A stretch of DNA of 25,842 bases from a virus (taxonomy: Duplodnaviria; Heunggongvirae; Uroviricota; Caudoviricetes): positions 1 through 25,842 of the IMG/VR virus record IMGVR_UViG_2609459774_000006; one strand, written 5' to 3'. This document shows, piece by piece, positions 1 to 9,894 of the stretch. The translations under genes and the position numbers were made by a program. The notes beneath the pieces were generated by a model. It was not told where the DNA came from. It worked only from the letters and a program-made list of their open reading frames with translations, and searched no databases. How positions within the stretch are numbered: position 1 is the stretch's first letter; every line of letters begins with the position of its first letter.

Positions 1-405
1 ATGGATCAGGTCGTTGTTTTTCAAAAGATGTTTGAGCAAGTGAGAAAAGAGCAAAACTTCTCCTGGTTTTATTCAGAATTAAAACATCACCGTATTGCAC
101 ATTACATTTATTATCTGGCTACGGATAACATCAGAATTATTACTCACGATGACACGGTTTTGTTATTAAGAGGAACCAGGAACCTGTTAAAAGTTAGTAC
201 GACCAAGAACCCTGCTAAAATAAAAGAGGCCGCATTGCTTCATATTTGCGGAAAATCTACATTTCGGGAATACTGTTCAACACTAGCAGGCGCGGGCGTT
301 TTCCGGTGGGTTACTGATGTTAATCATAACAAACGCAGTTACTACGCCATTGATAATACGCTTTTATATATTGAAGATGTAGAAAATAATAAACCATTAA
401 TCTAG
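1..405 (+). CDS. ycgX: YcgX-like DUF1398 family protein (134 aa), chromosomal
   Basis: Complete 134-aa ORF starting at base 1; size and position next to iraM match the E. coli ycgX-iraM neighbourhood as recalled; no search run. Confidence 0.5.
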   Translation: MDQVVVFQKMFEQVRKEQNFSWFYSELKHHRIAHYIYYLATDNIRIITHDDTVLLLRGTRNLLKVSTTKNPAKIKEAALLHICGKSTFREYCSTLAGAGVFRWVTDVNHNKRSYYAIDNTLLYIEDVENNKPLI

Positions 406-610
406 CTAAAGTTGGATGCTTAAGAAATGCTTCATAATTCAGTAAGGCATTAGCATAATGGGAATAAAAGTACAGAGACTATCCCTATGGATGATAAATA
501 CTGTCCTTTTATTGCTACCCATAAATAATCACCATGCCAATACTATCAAATTGATATTTGAAATGTGATCACTTGACTTTCTATACGTTATTTTATAACG
601 GTTAATATAT

Positions 611-668
611 TTATAAAAACAACGGGTGTGCCATACGCCCGTTTCAATACTTAACGCACATGTGTTTT
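611..668. repeat. Copy A of a ~58-bp repeat containing a stem-loop (621-643); near-identical to the sequence following the icd fragment at 1471-1528
   Basis: Direct alignment by eye: aacgggtgtgccatacgcccgtt vs aacgggcgtgttatacgcccgtt with similar flanks; on the minus strand the hairpin is followed by a T-rich run. Confidence 0.45.
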
Positions 669-1100
669 GGTTTAGTCATCATCCAGTTATATGTATTTTA
701 GCCAGGAACAGGTTAAACCTTTCCTATATAACTCAAAAATTGAAACCTTATTCTCATGTCATGCTTATATTCATTATTATCGTTATATAAAAAGGCAACC
801 ATAATGTTTAGCAAATTGGCACAAAGTAGCATAAAGGCTATGTTTTAATTACAGGATGTTCAGTCATTTGAATGTATAACATTATAGCTAAACAAATCTA
901 AAACGAAGTGAATAATTTATTGTTTTCTCTAAATCTCATTTTGTTTAACATCCATTGAGATTCCTTGCTTTAAATTTTGTTTTATATAAGCAATCGTTTT
1001 AATTAATTTATTTTTTGAAGGGGTAATATACTCATATGCAAAATAAAGAAATGAACATCCAAATGAACTATATTAAATACCGTGGGATAAGACATAACAA

Positions 1101-1424
1101 ATGAAGTGGATAGTAATTGACACGATAATTCAACCTTCATGCGGCATATCTTTTTCAGCCATATGGGGTAATATGAAAATGATCATCTGGTATCAATCTA
1201 CTATATTTCTCCCTCCTGGCAGTATATTTACACCGGTTAAATCTGGAATTATCCTTAAAGATAAAGAATATCCTATTACTATTTATAACATCGCACCATT
1301 CAACAAGGATTTATGGAGTCTACTCAAAAGCAGTCAAGAGTGTCCTCCAGGAGAAAGCAAAATAACAAATAAATGTTTGCATAATAGTTGCATTATAAAA
1401 ATATGCCCATATGGGCTCAAGTAA
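1101..1424 (+). CDS. iraM: Anti-adaptor protein IraM (RssB inhibitor), 107 aa
   Basis: 107-aa [35 protein letters not shown]... closely matches recalled IraM sequence and length. Confidence 0.8.
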   Translation: MKWIVIDTIIQPSCGISFSAIWGNMKMIIWYQSTIFLPPGSIFTPVKSGIILKDKEYPITIYNIAPFNKDLWSLLKSSQECPPGESKITNKCLHNSCIIKICPYGLK

Positions 1425-1470
1425 AGGGTTTTATATAAATATGCTCGATATGCTATTAATAATACCTACA

Positions 1471-1528
1471 TAAATAAAACAACGGGCGTGTTATACGCCC
1501 GTTGCAATATTAAACACATGTAGTGATT
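1471..1528 (-). terminator. Copy B of the repeat; intrinsic terminator of icd on the minus strand (stem-loop 1481-1503 followed by T-run when read on the minus strand)
   Basis: Perfect stem aacgggcg/cgcccgtt directly downstream of the icd-fragment stop codon (1527-1529). Confidence 0.55.
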
Positions 1529-1691
1529 ACATGTTCTTGAGGATCGCATCACCAAATTCTGAACATTTCAGCAGTTTAGCGCCTTCCATCAGACGTTCGA
1601 AGTCATAGGTTACGGTCTTGGCATTGATTGCGCCTTCCATACCTTTAACAATCAGGTCTGCGGCTTCGGTCCAACCCATGTGGCGTAACAG
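1527..1691 (-). pseudogene. icdC: 3' fragment of isocitrate dehydrogenase gene (last 54 codons, icdC-type remnant) marking the prophage attachment junction
   Basis: Minus-strand translation [54 protein letters not shown] matches the Icd C-terminus; no 5' part of the gene is present upstream. Confidence 0.85.
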
Positions 1692-2390
1692 TATATAAAA
1701 ACATTAAGTTCAAGCCATTGATATTTAATGATAAAAATTATTTTATTGTTTTTTTATTAGCCAAAATCAACTTTATTCAACCGTTTGATTTCATTGACGT
1801 TCGTTTTTATTTTGGGGAAAGGTTTTCTCTACCATTTATATCCAAATTACAAGTCTACATTTTATTAACATCTCAATACATGTGAGGCCTTGCAGACCTT
1901 TGTGAGACCTTATGTGTCTCTGTTTTGTCCCAACTTATGTTAAGAGGCACATAATTAAAAATAAGATAACGATGCCGCCAAGCAGTGCAAAACCTTGTTT
2001 ACTCCACGACTGTCTGCCCCATTATCTGCATACATAATTATCTTCCATAACTGAGATAAATGTCGGTTATGAGCGAACAACAGACGTTTAGTTTATGATG
2101 GCTGTGTCTATACATTAAACATAACATCCATTACCGGCACCGCTTATTAATTGCTATCTGATATTGTCACTAAAAAATAGGCATTCCCCGATATAATAAT
2201 CACAAAGAAGCTTTTGGTGCTGGCAATCGGTATACCTAATAGTGGACTGCGACTTTCCGGACTCGACAAGGATATATCAATGTATGAGCAGGAAAATTAG
2301 ACCGTGGTGCGTCATATGATGACTAAGCACGGATAACAGCTACTTAATTGAAACTATTGATTATATTACAGCCAGTGCCTTATAGGATGG

Positions 2391-3512
2391 TTAGTCATCA
2401 ACCGCGACTCCTGCACAATCATGGGCTATTGCCAGCAATTGTTTTTTAATTGCTTTAGCATCTACCGTCATATCTACTGTAGCAAAATGGATCTTATGTC
2501 CCTGAGTGACAACATACTCATTAAGCATATAGCCAACAGCTGGATGAAGTAGAAGACCAGCGGCATTGAGCGAAAGCGGATCCGTCTTGTTCTCCTGTGT
2601 TCTAAGGTAGGTATATAGCTGATAAATATAGCCATTACGTAGTGATTGCTCCCGATGCCAACCCTTTGTCAGAATCGAATTAAATTTGGTATCGATAATA
2701 ATACGCCGCTGGGCAGTCTTGTGTTCCAGAATAATGTCTGACTTCATTGTCGGGAAAATCTCTGCACTACCTGCACTTTGATCGCTCAACGCCCATTTCA
2801 GCTCTTTCCCTGCAGAGACCTGCCAAGTTGTTTTGGCAAGGTGTACACGATATAAGCCAGCGATACCTTTTTCAAATAGTCTTCTCATCCAGTAAAGGTT
2901 ATTTGAGGGCGCAGGTAAAAGATATTGGCCTTGATCTTCGGTCGGCATCAGCAGTTCAAAAGCTAATCGTGCGGCATCGACCATCGGTTTATCTGCGGCA
3001 TCATGGCGTCCAAAACGCCACACTGAGGGTAATTCGTGGGGGGCAGGATATCCTCCATTTATCCCCTCACGGCGAAGTGATATTGCCATAAAATGGCAAT
3101 CTGCCGCCAAAGACGGTTTCACTATGATTGAGGCCAGATGTTCTAACGCACAGCGAACATAGCGATTTCGGGGGGTGTTGAGGGTTATGTCTTGAAAATG
3201 GCAGGCAACCTGTCCCCGTTCCAGTAGTTGATGACTGGCAGTATACAGTATGTCAATGCGCCCTCTCACTCGGTTCAGGGCCGCATGACAAGTTTGGTAT
3301 CCCATATTTAAATTGCGACGTCGGCGCAGCGTAATCTCATGAAGGAGGATTGTCGCCACCAGGTCGGGGATTTCTGCTGGGTTATCTTCTACTGCGATCT
3401 GATTGCGCCCTAACTGACGAAACAGATCTGAAGCGTACAGCATCAGCATCCAGATATTTCGCATGGGAATACGTGATGCTGTATGTTGCTCACTCCCGGT
3501 TATTGTCGTCAT
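2391..3512 (-). CDS. McrC-like subunit of a McrBC-type (type IV, modification-dependent) restriction system, 373 aa
   Basis: Follows and overlaps the McrB-like gene by 4 bp; C-terminal PD-(D/E)xK-like segment (..ILEHKTAQRRIIIDTKF..). Confidence 0.7.
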   Translation of the reverse strand: MTTITGSEQHTASRIPMRNIWMLMLYASDLFRQLGRNQIAVEDNPAEIPDLVATILLHEITLRRRRNLNMGYQTCHAALNRVRGRIDILYTASHQLLERGQVACHFQDITLNTPRNRYVRCALEHLASIIVKPSLAADCHFMAISLRREGINGGYPAPHELPSVWRFGRHDAADKPMVDAARLAFELLMPTEDQGQYLLPAPSNNLYWMRRLFEKGIAGLYRVHLAKTTWQVSAGKELKWALSDQSAGSAEIFPTMKSDIILEHKTAQRRIIIDTKFNSILTKGWHREQSLRNGYIYQLYTYLRTQENKTDPLSLNAAGLLLHPAVGYMLNEYVVTQGHKIHFATVDMTVDAKAIKKQLLAIAHDCAGVAVDD

Positions 3513-5491
3513 TTTGCTAATAACACTTTTCTGGCTTCATCGACTTTATTTGGAGCATCGAACCAATATTCGGCGAGCAAAGGGCAGATCTCTGTATCAA
3601 CGACTTGTTCATACCAAGCCTGGGCATCGTTGATTTTTTGGCCGATAGCTGGGGTGACATAGCTGTGACCGATACAAAACTGTGGTCCTAAGGTAACATC
3701 TTTTGCCAGCATATCGTTAAGTACCGTCAGTCGAGATTTGATGAATGCTAACATGTCAAAATCAATTGCGTAATTATAATTTACCCAGTTTCTCCACGCG
3801 TCATTAAAAGCTGGCTTTAGATCGATAAACGCGAAACGACGGCGCAGCGCTAGGTCAAGTAGTGCGAGTGAGCGGTCTGCAATATTCATCGTACCGATGA
3901 TATATAGATTCTCAGGAATGTATATTTTTTCATCATCATTTTTAGGATAGGAAAGAGATAATGCCTCAGTCGGCGTGCGTTTATCTGCTTCCATCAACGT
4001 GAGTGTTTCACCGAAGATTTGCGCCGGATTGCCACGATTAATCTCTTCAATTATCACCACATATTTCGAGGTAGGATTATTGACTGCAGTTTTGATTGCA
4101 TTTACAAAAGGTCCATCAATTAGCGTCAATTGCCCTTCTTTACCTGGACGCCAGCCGCGAATAAAGTCTTCGTAAGAGAGGTTCGGGTGAAATTGCACCG
4201 CGCTAATACGCTCAGGTGCTTTTTCTCCCATCAAGCAGTACGCCAGACGTCGCGCTAACCAGGTTTTTCCAGTTCCGGGTGGTCCTTGTAATATCAGGTT
4301 TTTCTTGTCGATCAGGCGCTGAAGTGTGAGTTGGATCTTAGCCTCTTCCAAGAAACAGCCATCCTGCACCAGATGACTGATGTCATAAGGAACGTGAGTG
4401 AGTTTTGGCAACGGCGCACTCTCTTCGACAGTTTCCTCAGTTATCGTCTGGGATTCATTTTTCTCAAAATTCAGGTATTCATAATTTCCGGACTCAAGGG
4501 ACTTTAACTCATCATCATTGCATAGTTTCTGTAGATAAAAGTAGATTGAGCTTGTAACTGTTTTGCTCTCAGGATGCTCTACCTTGAATACGTCCAAGTA
4601 GTTTTCTTCCAACTCCGAAGCAGTGAAATAAGGGCCATTTTTTTTCAGGCATAACGCCTTAATTTTATTCAGTAAAGAGGCTTTCCACGTTCTATTTGCC
4701 ACCTCATCTTTAGACTGGCTAAGATCTGTATTCCACGCTGATAAAGAAAGTTCTGGGAAAGAATGAACCGGATAGTTTGGTTGGGTAAAGACCTCGTTCA
4801 GCGCCCGCATAAGACTCAGGTAACTTTGTCCACTACAGCGACCTTTTGCCCCGTTTTTAATGATCTTAATGTTTAACACTGTCTGAATGTAATACTGCGA
4901 CTGGCTATCTAAAGTAGGGTAGAACCAAGGACGGGTCCAGTACAACCCCATGGTGAGATTCCAACCGACATTCATTACTGTAGAAGCAATGTCATATGCG
5001 GCAGTGAAGTCTGCAGAGTTAGTATTCTGGTTATCCGCAAAGGTCATTGCCTGCGAGAACATTTCCCACAAGCATTCAATGTCATTAGGGTCGCGTGACT
5101 TTTCATAACCAAAGAACCAAGATTTTTGGTTATTCAACAGCGGGATTCCGGCAAAGGAGTCAGGAATCGGTTCGTTCACGCCCAACAAATTCGCTAGCTT
5201 GGCAGCAATAATTTTGCGATTGCTGTCGGTCAAGTTACGATTGAACAAGCCCATAGTAGTAAACGGACAAATGTCTTTTAAGGGAAAGATCTCTCCCATA
5301 ATAGATTTGTCCTGCAGATGGGACATTCCTTCCACACCTGAGGCAATTAGATGAATACCTTTGACTAATTCATCTCTACGATTTCGCCAAGTCAGTAACG
5401 CGTTGGCAAAAGCCTCATAAAAACTAGCCCAAGCAAATTTGCCATCATGTTCTGCTGTATCCACGGGAACTCCATTATACTTGTTGAGCAA
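3509..5491 (-). CDS. McrB-like AAA+ GTPase (660 aa) with a ~395-aa N-terminal region unlike canonical McrB
   Basis: Walker A LILQGPPGTGKTW and McrB-type signature IIGTMNIADRSLALLDLALRRRF in the C-terminal ~260 aa; N-terminal region not recognised. Confidence 0.8.
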   Translation of the reverse strand: MLNKYNGVPVDTAEHDGKFAWASFYEAFANALLTWRNRRDELVKGIHLIASGVEGMSHLQDKSIMGEIFPLKDICPFTTMGLFNRNLTDSNRKIIAAKLANLLGVNEPIPDSFAGIPLLNNQKSWFFGYEKSRDPNDIECLWEMFSQAMTFADNQNTNSADFTAAYDIASTVMNVGWNLTMGLYWTRPWFYPTLDSQSQYYIQTVLNIKIIKNGAKGRCSGQSYLSLMRALNEVFTQPNYPVHSFPELSLSAWNTDLSQSKDEVANRTWKASLLNKIKALCLKKNGPYFTASELEENYLDVFKVEHPESKTVTSSIYFYLQKLCNDDELKSLESGNYEYLNFEKNESQTITEETVEESAPLPKLTHVPYDISHLVQDGCFLEEAKIQLTLQRLIDKKNLILQGPPGTGKTWLARRLAYCLMGEKAPERISAVQFHPNLSYEDFIRGWRPGKEGQLTLIDGPFVNAIKTAVNNPTSKYVVIIEEINRGNPAQIFGETLTLMEADKRTPTEALSLSYPKNDDEKIYIPENLYIIGTMNIADRSLALLDLALRRRFAFIDLKPAFNDAWRNWVNYNYAIDFDMLAFIKSRLTVLNDMLAKDVTLGPQFCIGHSYVTPAIGQKINDAQAWYEQVVDTEICPLLAEYWFDAPNKVDEARKVLLAK

Positions 5492-5829
5492 TGATAATTT
5501 ATCTGTGTGAGTTTTAACATATTACTATCAGTTATAGAAAAATTTAACTACCCGATACAGAGAGCGGCATGCTGAATTTGACCTGACTTGCTTCCAACTA
5601 ATTAAAATCAACTTATTTATCAATTGGTTATTTTGGCGCATAGCGGTCATCAAGGGAATATCGCGTTGTCATAAGGTGTCGAGGCTCGGAGGTTCAAATC
5701 CTCTCATGCAAAAAATAAATAAAATTAATGACGGTTGGAAATTATTCAATACATACACTCTCGAAAGTGCATCAGCCAACCGCAGCACGTCTTGCATACG
5801 GCGTGTCTGCAGTTTTATATAATCCTGGC

Positions 5830-6055
5830 TGGAAACCTCTTATACAAAGTAGATACACCAATATCATAGATGATCGCCACCTTCTGACGCGGGACTTTTG
5901 ATGCAATTAATCGCCCGGCCTGCGCCCATTGTTCTGATGTAAGTTTAGGACGACGTCCACCAATTCCTCCCTGTGCGCGAGCATCTTCCAGTCCAACTTT
6001 TGTTCAGTCATCAATCAGTTCACGCTTCATTTCAACCAGGGCTCCATCACATGGA
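5830..6055 (-). pseudogene. C-terminal remnant of a Pin/Gin-family serine DNA invertase (HTH domain only, frameshifted)
   Basis: Minus-strand translation ..TKVGLEDARAQGGIGGRRPKLTSEQWAQAGRLIASKVPRQKVAIIYDIGVSTLYKRFPAS; upstream catalytic domain absent and frame broken. Confidence 0.6.
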
Positions 6056-6529
6056 AAAATAAAAAAAACCATCGATGTTGACGTGTCAATGTTACCTGTC
6101 AGGCTACGGAAATCCCCCCCTTACCCGCAGCTACTCGGTAAGTATAATAAGATGTTTCCTGCTCCTTCCTAACCTGTCCAGTTTCCAGACAATTAAAGTA
6201 TCACCTTATATAAGAGACTGCAGAGCGCACTTTAACCTAGGTCGTTCTGAAATAGTTGCAGATTCGATTAATCAACGATTATACTCCCCGGCACTCCAGA
6301 GGATCTGGTAAACATAAAGTCAGAGCTTGGGTATACTGGCACACAAATGGCAGATCTTGCAGGTGCAGCCAGTCATAGCCAGTGGCGAAAATACACGAGT
6401 GGTTCTGAGCCCCGCGCCATGTCATCACATATCTTGTTTTTTTATTGCTACCAATCTGACTTTGAGTACTAATGAGCTAGATAGAATTGTTTGTAAAATA
6501 AAAAAAATTGGAACAGTGATTATATAAAA

Positions 6530-7618
6530 ATGAAGAAGGTAAAATCAATTCACTATTTGCGAGGTGTAGCAGCATTACTCGTTGTTGCATATCACAATAA
6601 ACAATACCTAAATGAAGTTTACGCACAAAAAGATCTAGGTGATTTATTGTTTATTAGTGGTGGTTTTGGGGTTGATCTGTTTTTTATTATAAGTGGATTT
6701 ATAATAATGTTATCGAGTCAAAAAAAAGAAACAAATTCTCCTATTAACTTTATGACCAGGCGTTTTTTCAGGATTTACCCTGTATTTTTCATTTGCACAA
6801 TCTTATTCTTTTTATTGAACCCAGTCTTCACCGAAAGTGAATTATTGCGTTCATTGTTTCTGCTTCACCTGGACTATTATTCAGAAGCGCCATTCTTCGG
6901 ATACAACGTGCTTTATCCAGCATGGACATTAACCTTTGAAGTCTATTTTTATTTCATTTTTATGCTTGCAATATCGATGAGTCATAAAAACAGATTATTA
7001 ATATCAGTTATTGCATTGATAGTCCCGCTACTTCTCATACAGTTGAAATTTTCCAACAGCCTTTCTCTATCAAGTAAGTTTACGATTGGTGATACAGGTC
7101 ATTGGCATATTGGCTTTCTAAACTTAATGTCATCACCCATGCTGTTAGAATTCGTTTATGGGATGTTTCTGTATATAATACACAGAAAATTTAAATATAT
7201 AAAAAACGCAAAGGCGATATCATTCCTTTTGGTTTCATTTGGTGTTTGCTCATATTTTTATCAATTCAGATTTGGTCATGGCCCTTTAAACTTCGGATTG
7301 TGGGCAGCCTCCATAATTACGGGAGTTTTACTTTATGAAGTTAACTTCGGATTAAGGGAAAATAAAATACTCAGTAAGCTAGGTGATATCTCTTACTCTC
7401 TGTATTTATCCCATGCGATAGTAATGCTATTTTTAATTAATTTTAAGGATTTCATTCCGCTTTATGAAAAACCTGGGTTCTCTAAGTTTTCATTCATTAT
7501 TGCTCTTAGCTTGTTCTTATCATTCTTTATTTATAAATATATTGAAACTCCATTCATTAATATCGGAAAAACAATATCCAAAAGACTTTCAAAACCAACA
7601 TTAACTTATAGCGAATAG
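6530..7618 (+). CDS. Acyltransferase family 3 (OafA/Oac-like) integral membrane protein, 362 aa
   Basis: N-terminus MKKVKSIHYLRGVAALLVVAYH and multi-TM hydrophobic profile typical of the family; strongly AT-rich gene. Confidence 0.7.
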   Translation: MKKVKSIHYLRGVAALLVVAYHNKQYLNEVYAQKDLGDLLFISGGFGVDLFFIISGFIIMLSSQKKETNSPINFMTRRFFRIYPVFFICTILFFLLNPVFTESELLRSLFLLHLDYYSEAPFFGYNVLYPAWTLTFEVYFYFIFMLAISMSHKNRLLISVIALIVPLLLIQLKFSNSLSLSSKFTIGDTGHWHIGFLNLMSSPMLLEFVYGMFLYIIHRKFKYIKNAKAISFLLVSFGVCSYFYQFRFGHGPLNFGLWAASIITGVLLYEVNFGLRENKILSKLGDISYSLYLSHAIVMLFLINFKDFIPLYEKPGFSKFSFIIALSLFLSFFIYKYIETPFINIGKTISKRLSKPTLTYSE

Positions 7619-7922
7619 TACTCACAAGAGCAAGTGGCGCAATAGTAAAAATCTGTTGCGCCCACATTATAAATCGCTCTCCAATAGCAAAGTATCTTAG
7701 TGACTAAGCATTACCTAAGTTATCACTATAAACACAAAATACTACGCGGAGCGGAATAGTGCTCTCCTTTTGACCAGCTATTGCATGGTAAATAGTGGGG
7801 CTGTTTTTCTATTTGACCGAGCTGTATCTGCCCCTCGATATGTTGCCCTCACGCAATATTCCAAATGTCAGTAAAACGGCAGGTGTAGCGGTATTATGCG
7901 CAGCTATTTAGGAGTTGCTGGG

Positions 7923-8093
7923 CTATCGCTTCGAAGGTGGAGGCCAGACGGGGTTTACTGTATCAACACGGTTCAGCAATACCCGATATGTTTTCCATGC
8001 GGCCAGAAACGCTTTCTCTTCCTCCGTTGCGATCTCCAGCTCAGCAAGAGTCTGAACGTACCAGGAACAGCCTCCTTCAGGGCTTGAAGGATA
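7923..8093 (-). pseudogene. Tail fibre assembly (Tfa)-like C-terminal remnant, in frame with the upstream tail-fibre fragment beyond its TGA stop
   Basis: Translation ..[41 protein letters not shown] resembles the conserved Tfa C-terminal motif; no start codon. Confidence 0.35.
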
Positions 8094-8808
8094 TCAATGT
8101 TCGCTTCCTGTTAACTGCCGGACAAGTGCAACCAGTTCGCTTACCTGATTTTCCAGAGTGCTGATCCGGGTGCCTGCTGTTGCCAGATTTTGACGTAGCG
8201 TTGTGTTTTCCTCTTCCAGCGCGGTAACGCGATCATCTGTTTCACGGGCGACCTGAACAAGTAAACCCGTCACGGCGGAGTAGTCAACATTAAGATAGCG
8301 AGTTTCTTCGCGTAGCTCGTTGCCGTCAACGGTCGGACCTTGCAACTCTTCACCATAATGAGTAAACGATCCCACAGCTTCTGGTATCGCCTCCATTACT
8401 TCCTGTGCAATAACGCCAGCATAAGGCATCCCGTTTTCCTTGAGCGTGTAGGTGTATCCGTTCATTTTACGGATTGCTTTCGTCGCGTCGCTGATAACGA
8501 GAATATCGTCTTTAAGGTCGCGGTCTGATGACTGATTCAGCGTTGTGCAATTAATAGCGCCATTTACATCAAACAACTGGCCTGCTGACGTTTTTTGCGC
8601 ATAAAACAGATACGCAGCAGACGTTCCAACCTCAAAAACGTTTTGTCGAGTACTGGAACCCCACACCCTGACAGAAAACGGTAGTTCTGCATTACCTGAG
8701 TTCTGTAAAACAAAACGATTACCAGTCCCTGATTGCTTTGTAAGGGTTAAATCAACGGTTGAGTTAACCTCATTCTTGTTGATAGTGAGCGTCTGCGCTG
8801 TAGCCCCG
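8094..8808 (-). pseudogene. C-terminal fragment of a side tail fibre protein (no start; fused to lysozyme remnant)
   Basis: Frame stays open upstream of the 190-aa ORF to ~8808 (..[22 protein letters not shown]..); coiled-coil tail ..TALEEENTTLRQNLATAGTRISTLENQV. Confidence 0.55.
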
Positions 8809-9091
8809 TTATATCAACTTTTATGTACGGGTTAATTTGTCTGGCGACCGTGGCAAGGTCTTTATTCAGGAGGGCTTTGCATTCTGCTTTGGTATACGTT
8901 TTACCGAGCATGATGTCTTTTCCTGTATGCCCGTGACATACAGTCCATACACCAACAATATCTTTGTATGGTATGTAGCTGACACCTTCCAGACCATCGT
9001 TACCACTTGGGCCAGTGATTAACACTGATGCTATAGCAATTGCTCCGCCACCAATAGCAGCAGCAACGGCTTTTCGTAATGATGGAGGCAT
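8747..9091 (-). pseudogene. rrrD: Truncated phage lysozyme (RrrD-like N-terminal ~94 aa, then out-of-frame junk)
   Basis: [57 protein letters not shown]... matches lysozyme N-terminus; homology ends near 8812 where the tail-fibre frame begins. Confidence 0.75.
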
Positions 9092-9306
9092 TATTCACCT
9101 CTCGCAGCCTTGCGCTTATCTTCTTTAATCTTGAAATAAAGGTTTGTCAGGTACGTCAGCAGGCCAAATACCAGGCTACCCAGCACACCTATTGCTGCCC
9201 ACTGTGAGGGCGTGACTTTATCGAGCAGCTGTAAAAACCAGTAACCGGCACTACCTGCTGAGGTGCCATAGGCGACACCCGTTGTTAACTTATCCATGGA
9301 TTTCAT
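9091..9306 (-). CDS. essD: Class II holin (phage 21 S / EssD-like), ~71 aa; the ORF extends to 9351 with an upstream TTG/ATG
   Basis: [26 protein letters not shown]... with dual-start MKSM motif and TM segments; stop overlaps the lysozyme start (ATGA). Confidence 0.75.
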
Positions 9307-9894
9307 AACCCCACCTCGCAGACAAAGCGGGTGTAAATTGAGGGAATACAACGTATCGCAAAAAAGCAGAAACGTAACAGACTCGGAGTCAGTGAATAAC
9401 TCAGGTATTGAGTTATCAGCTAATATCGAGACTCAAAAAATGGAAAAACCAGCTCGACGGCGGGTTTAAGCTGTGTGACGAAGTAACCACTCTTAACAGC
9501 ATAACCAATTTTTTACGTACGTAAACCACTGAATGATATTTATGAGAATGCTACCGAGTGTTCAAAACACCACCACAAATACATAAGAAAACCTCAACAA
9601 ATAACCAATAAATAATTTCAGACGTTATTTTTAGTTGATTTAAATTAAACTGCCGAATTATAGAACCTCCATAAATAACAACCATTAATATAAATTAGCT
9701 AATAGGTTTATTTTTGTTCAAATAAGAGCCATAAATAGGTTTCGATAGAAAAAGTTCAGATAAAAATAGAGATCTACTTCACAAATTAAATGAGAAACTA
9801 AAACTTACATCTTGAAATAATCACATTGATTAGATGAATATTTATCGCGCAGTGACATCATTTTTTAATAATAGTTCAAAAAAAAGGGCTCACG

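Noticed and set aside
2747-3091. 114-aa plus-strand ORF
   Set aside because: Entirely antisense within the McrC-like gene.
3975-4175. 66-aa plus-strand ORF
   Set aside because: Antisense within the McrB-like gene.
5640-5705. Possible tRNA 3' fragment (GGTTCAAATCC-like T-loop) upstream of the McrB-like gene
   Set aside because: Only a loose T-arm (GGAGG-TTCAAAT-CCTCT); no convincing anticodon arm, acceptor stem or CCA. It is also not at the prophage boundary, which is defined by the icd fragment.
6075-6527. Two plus-strand ORFs (78 and 66 aa)
   Set aside because: No ribosome-binding site or recognisable family; they lie in decayed sequence next to the invertase remnant and are most likely chance ORFs.
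7896-8164. Plus-strand ORFs of 63 and 75 aa
   Set aside because: Antisense to the tail-fibre/Tfa-like remnant; no supporting signals.
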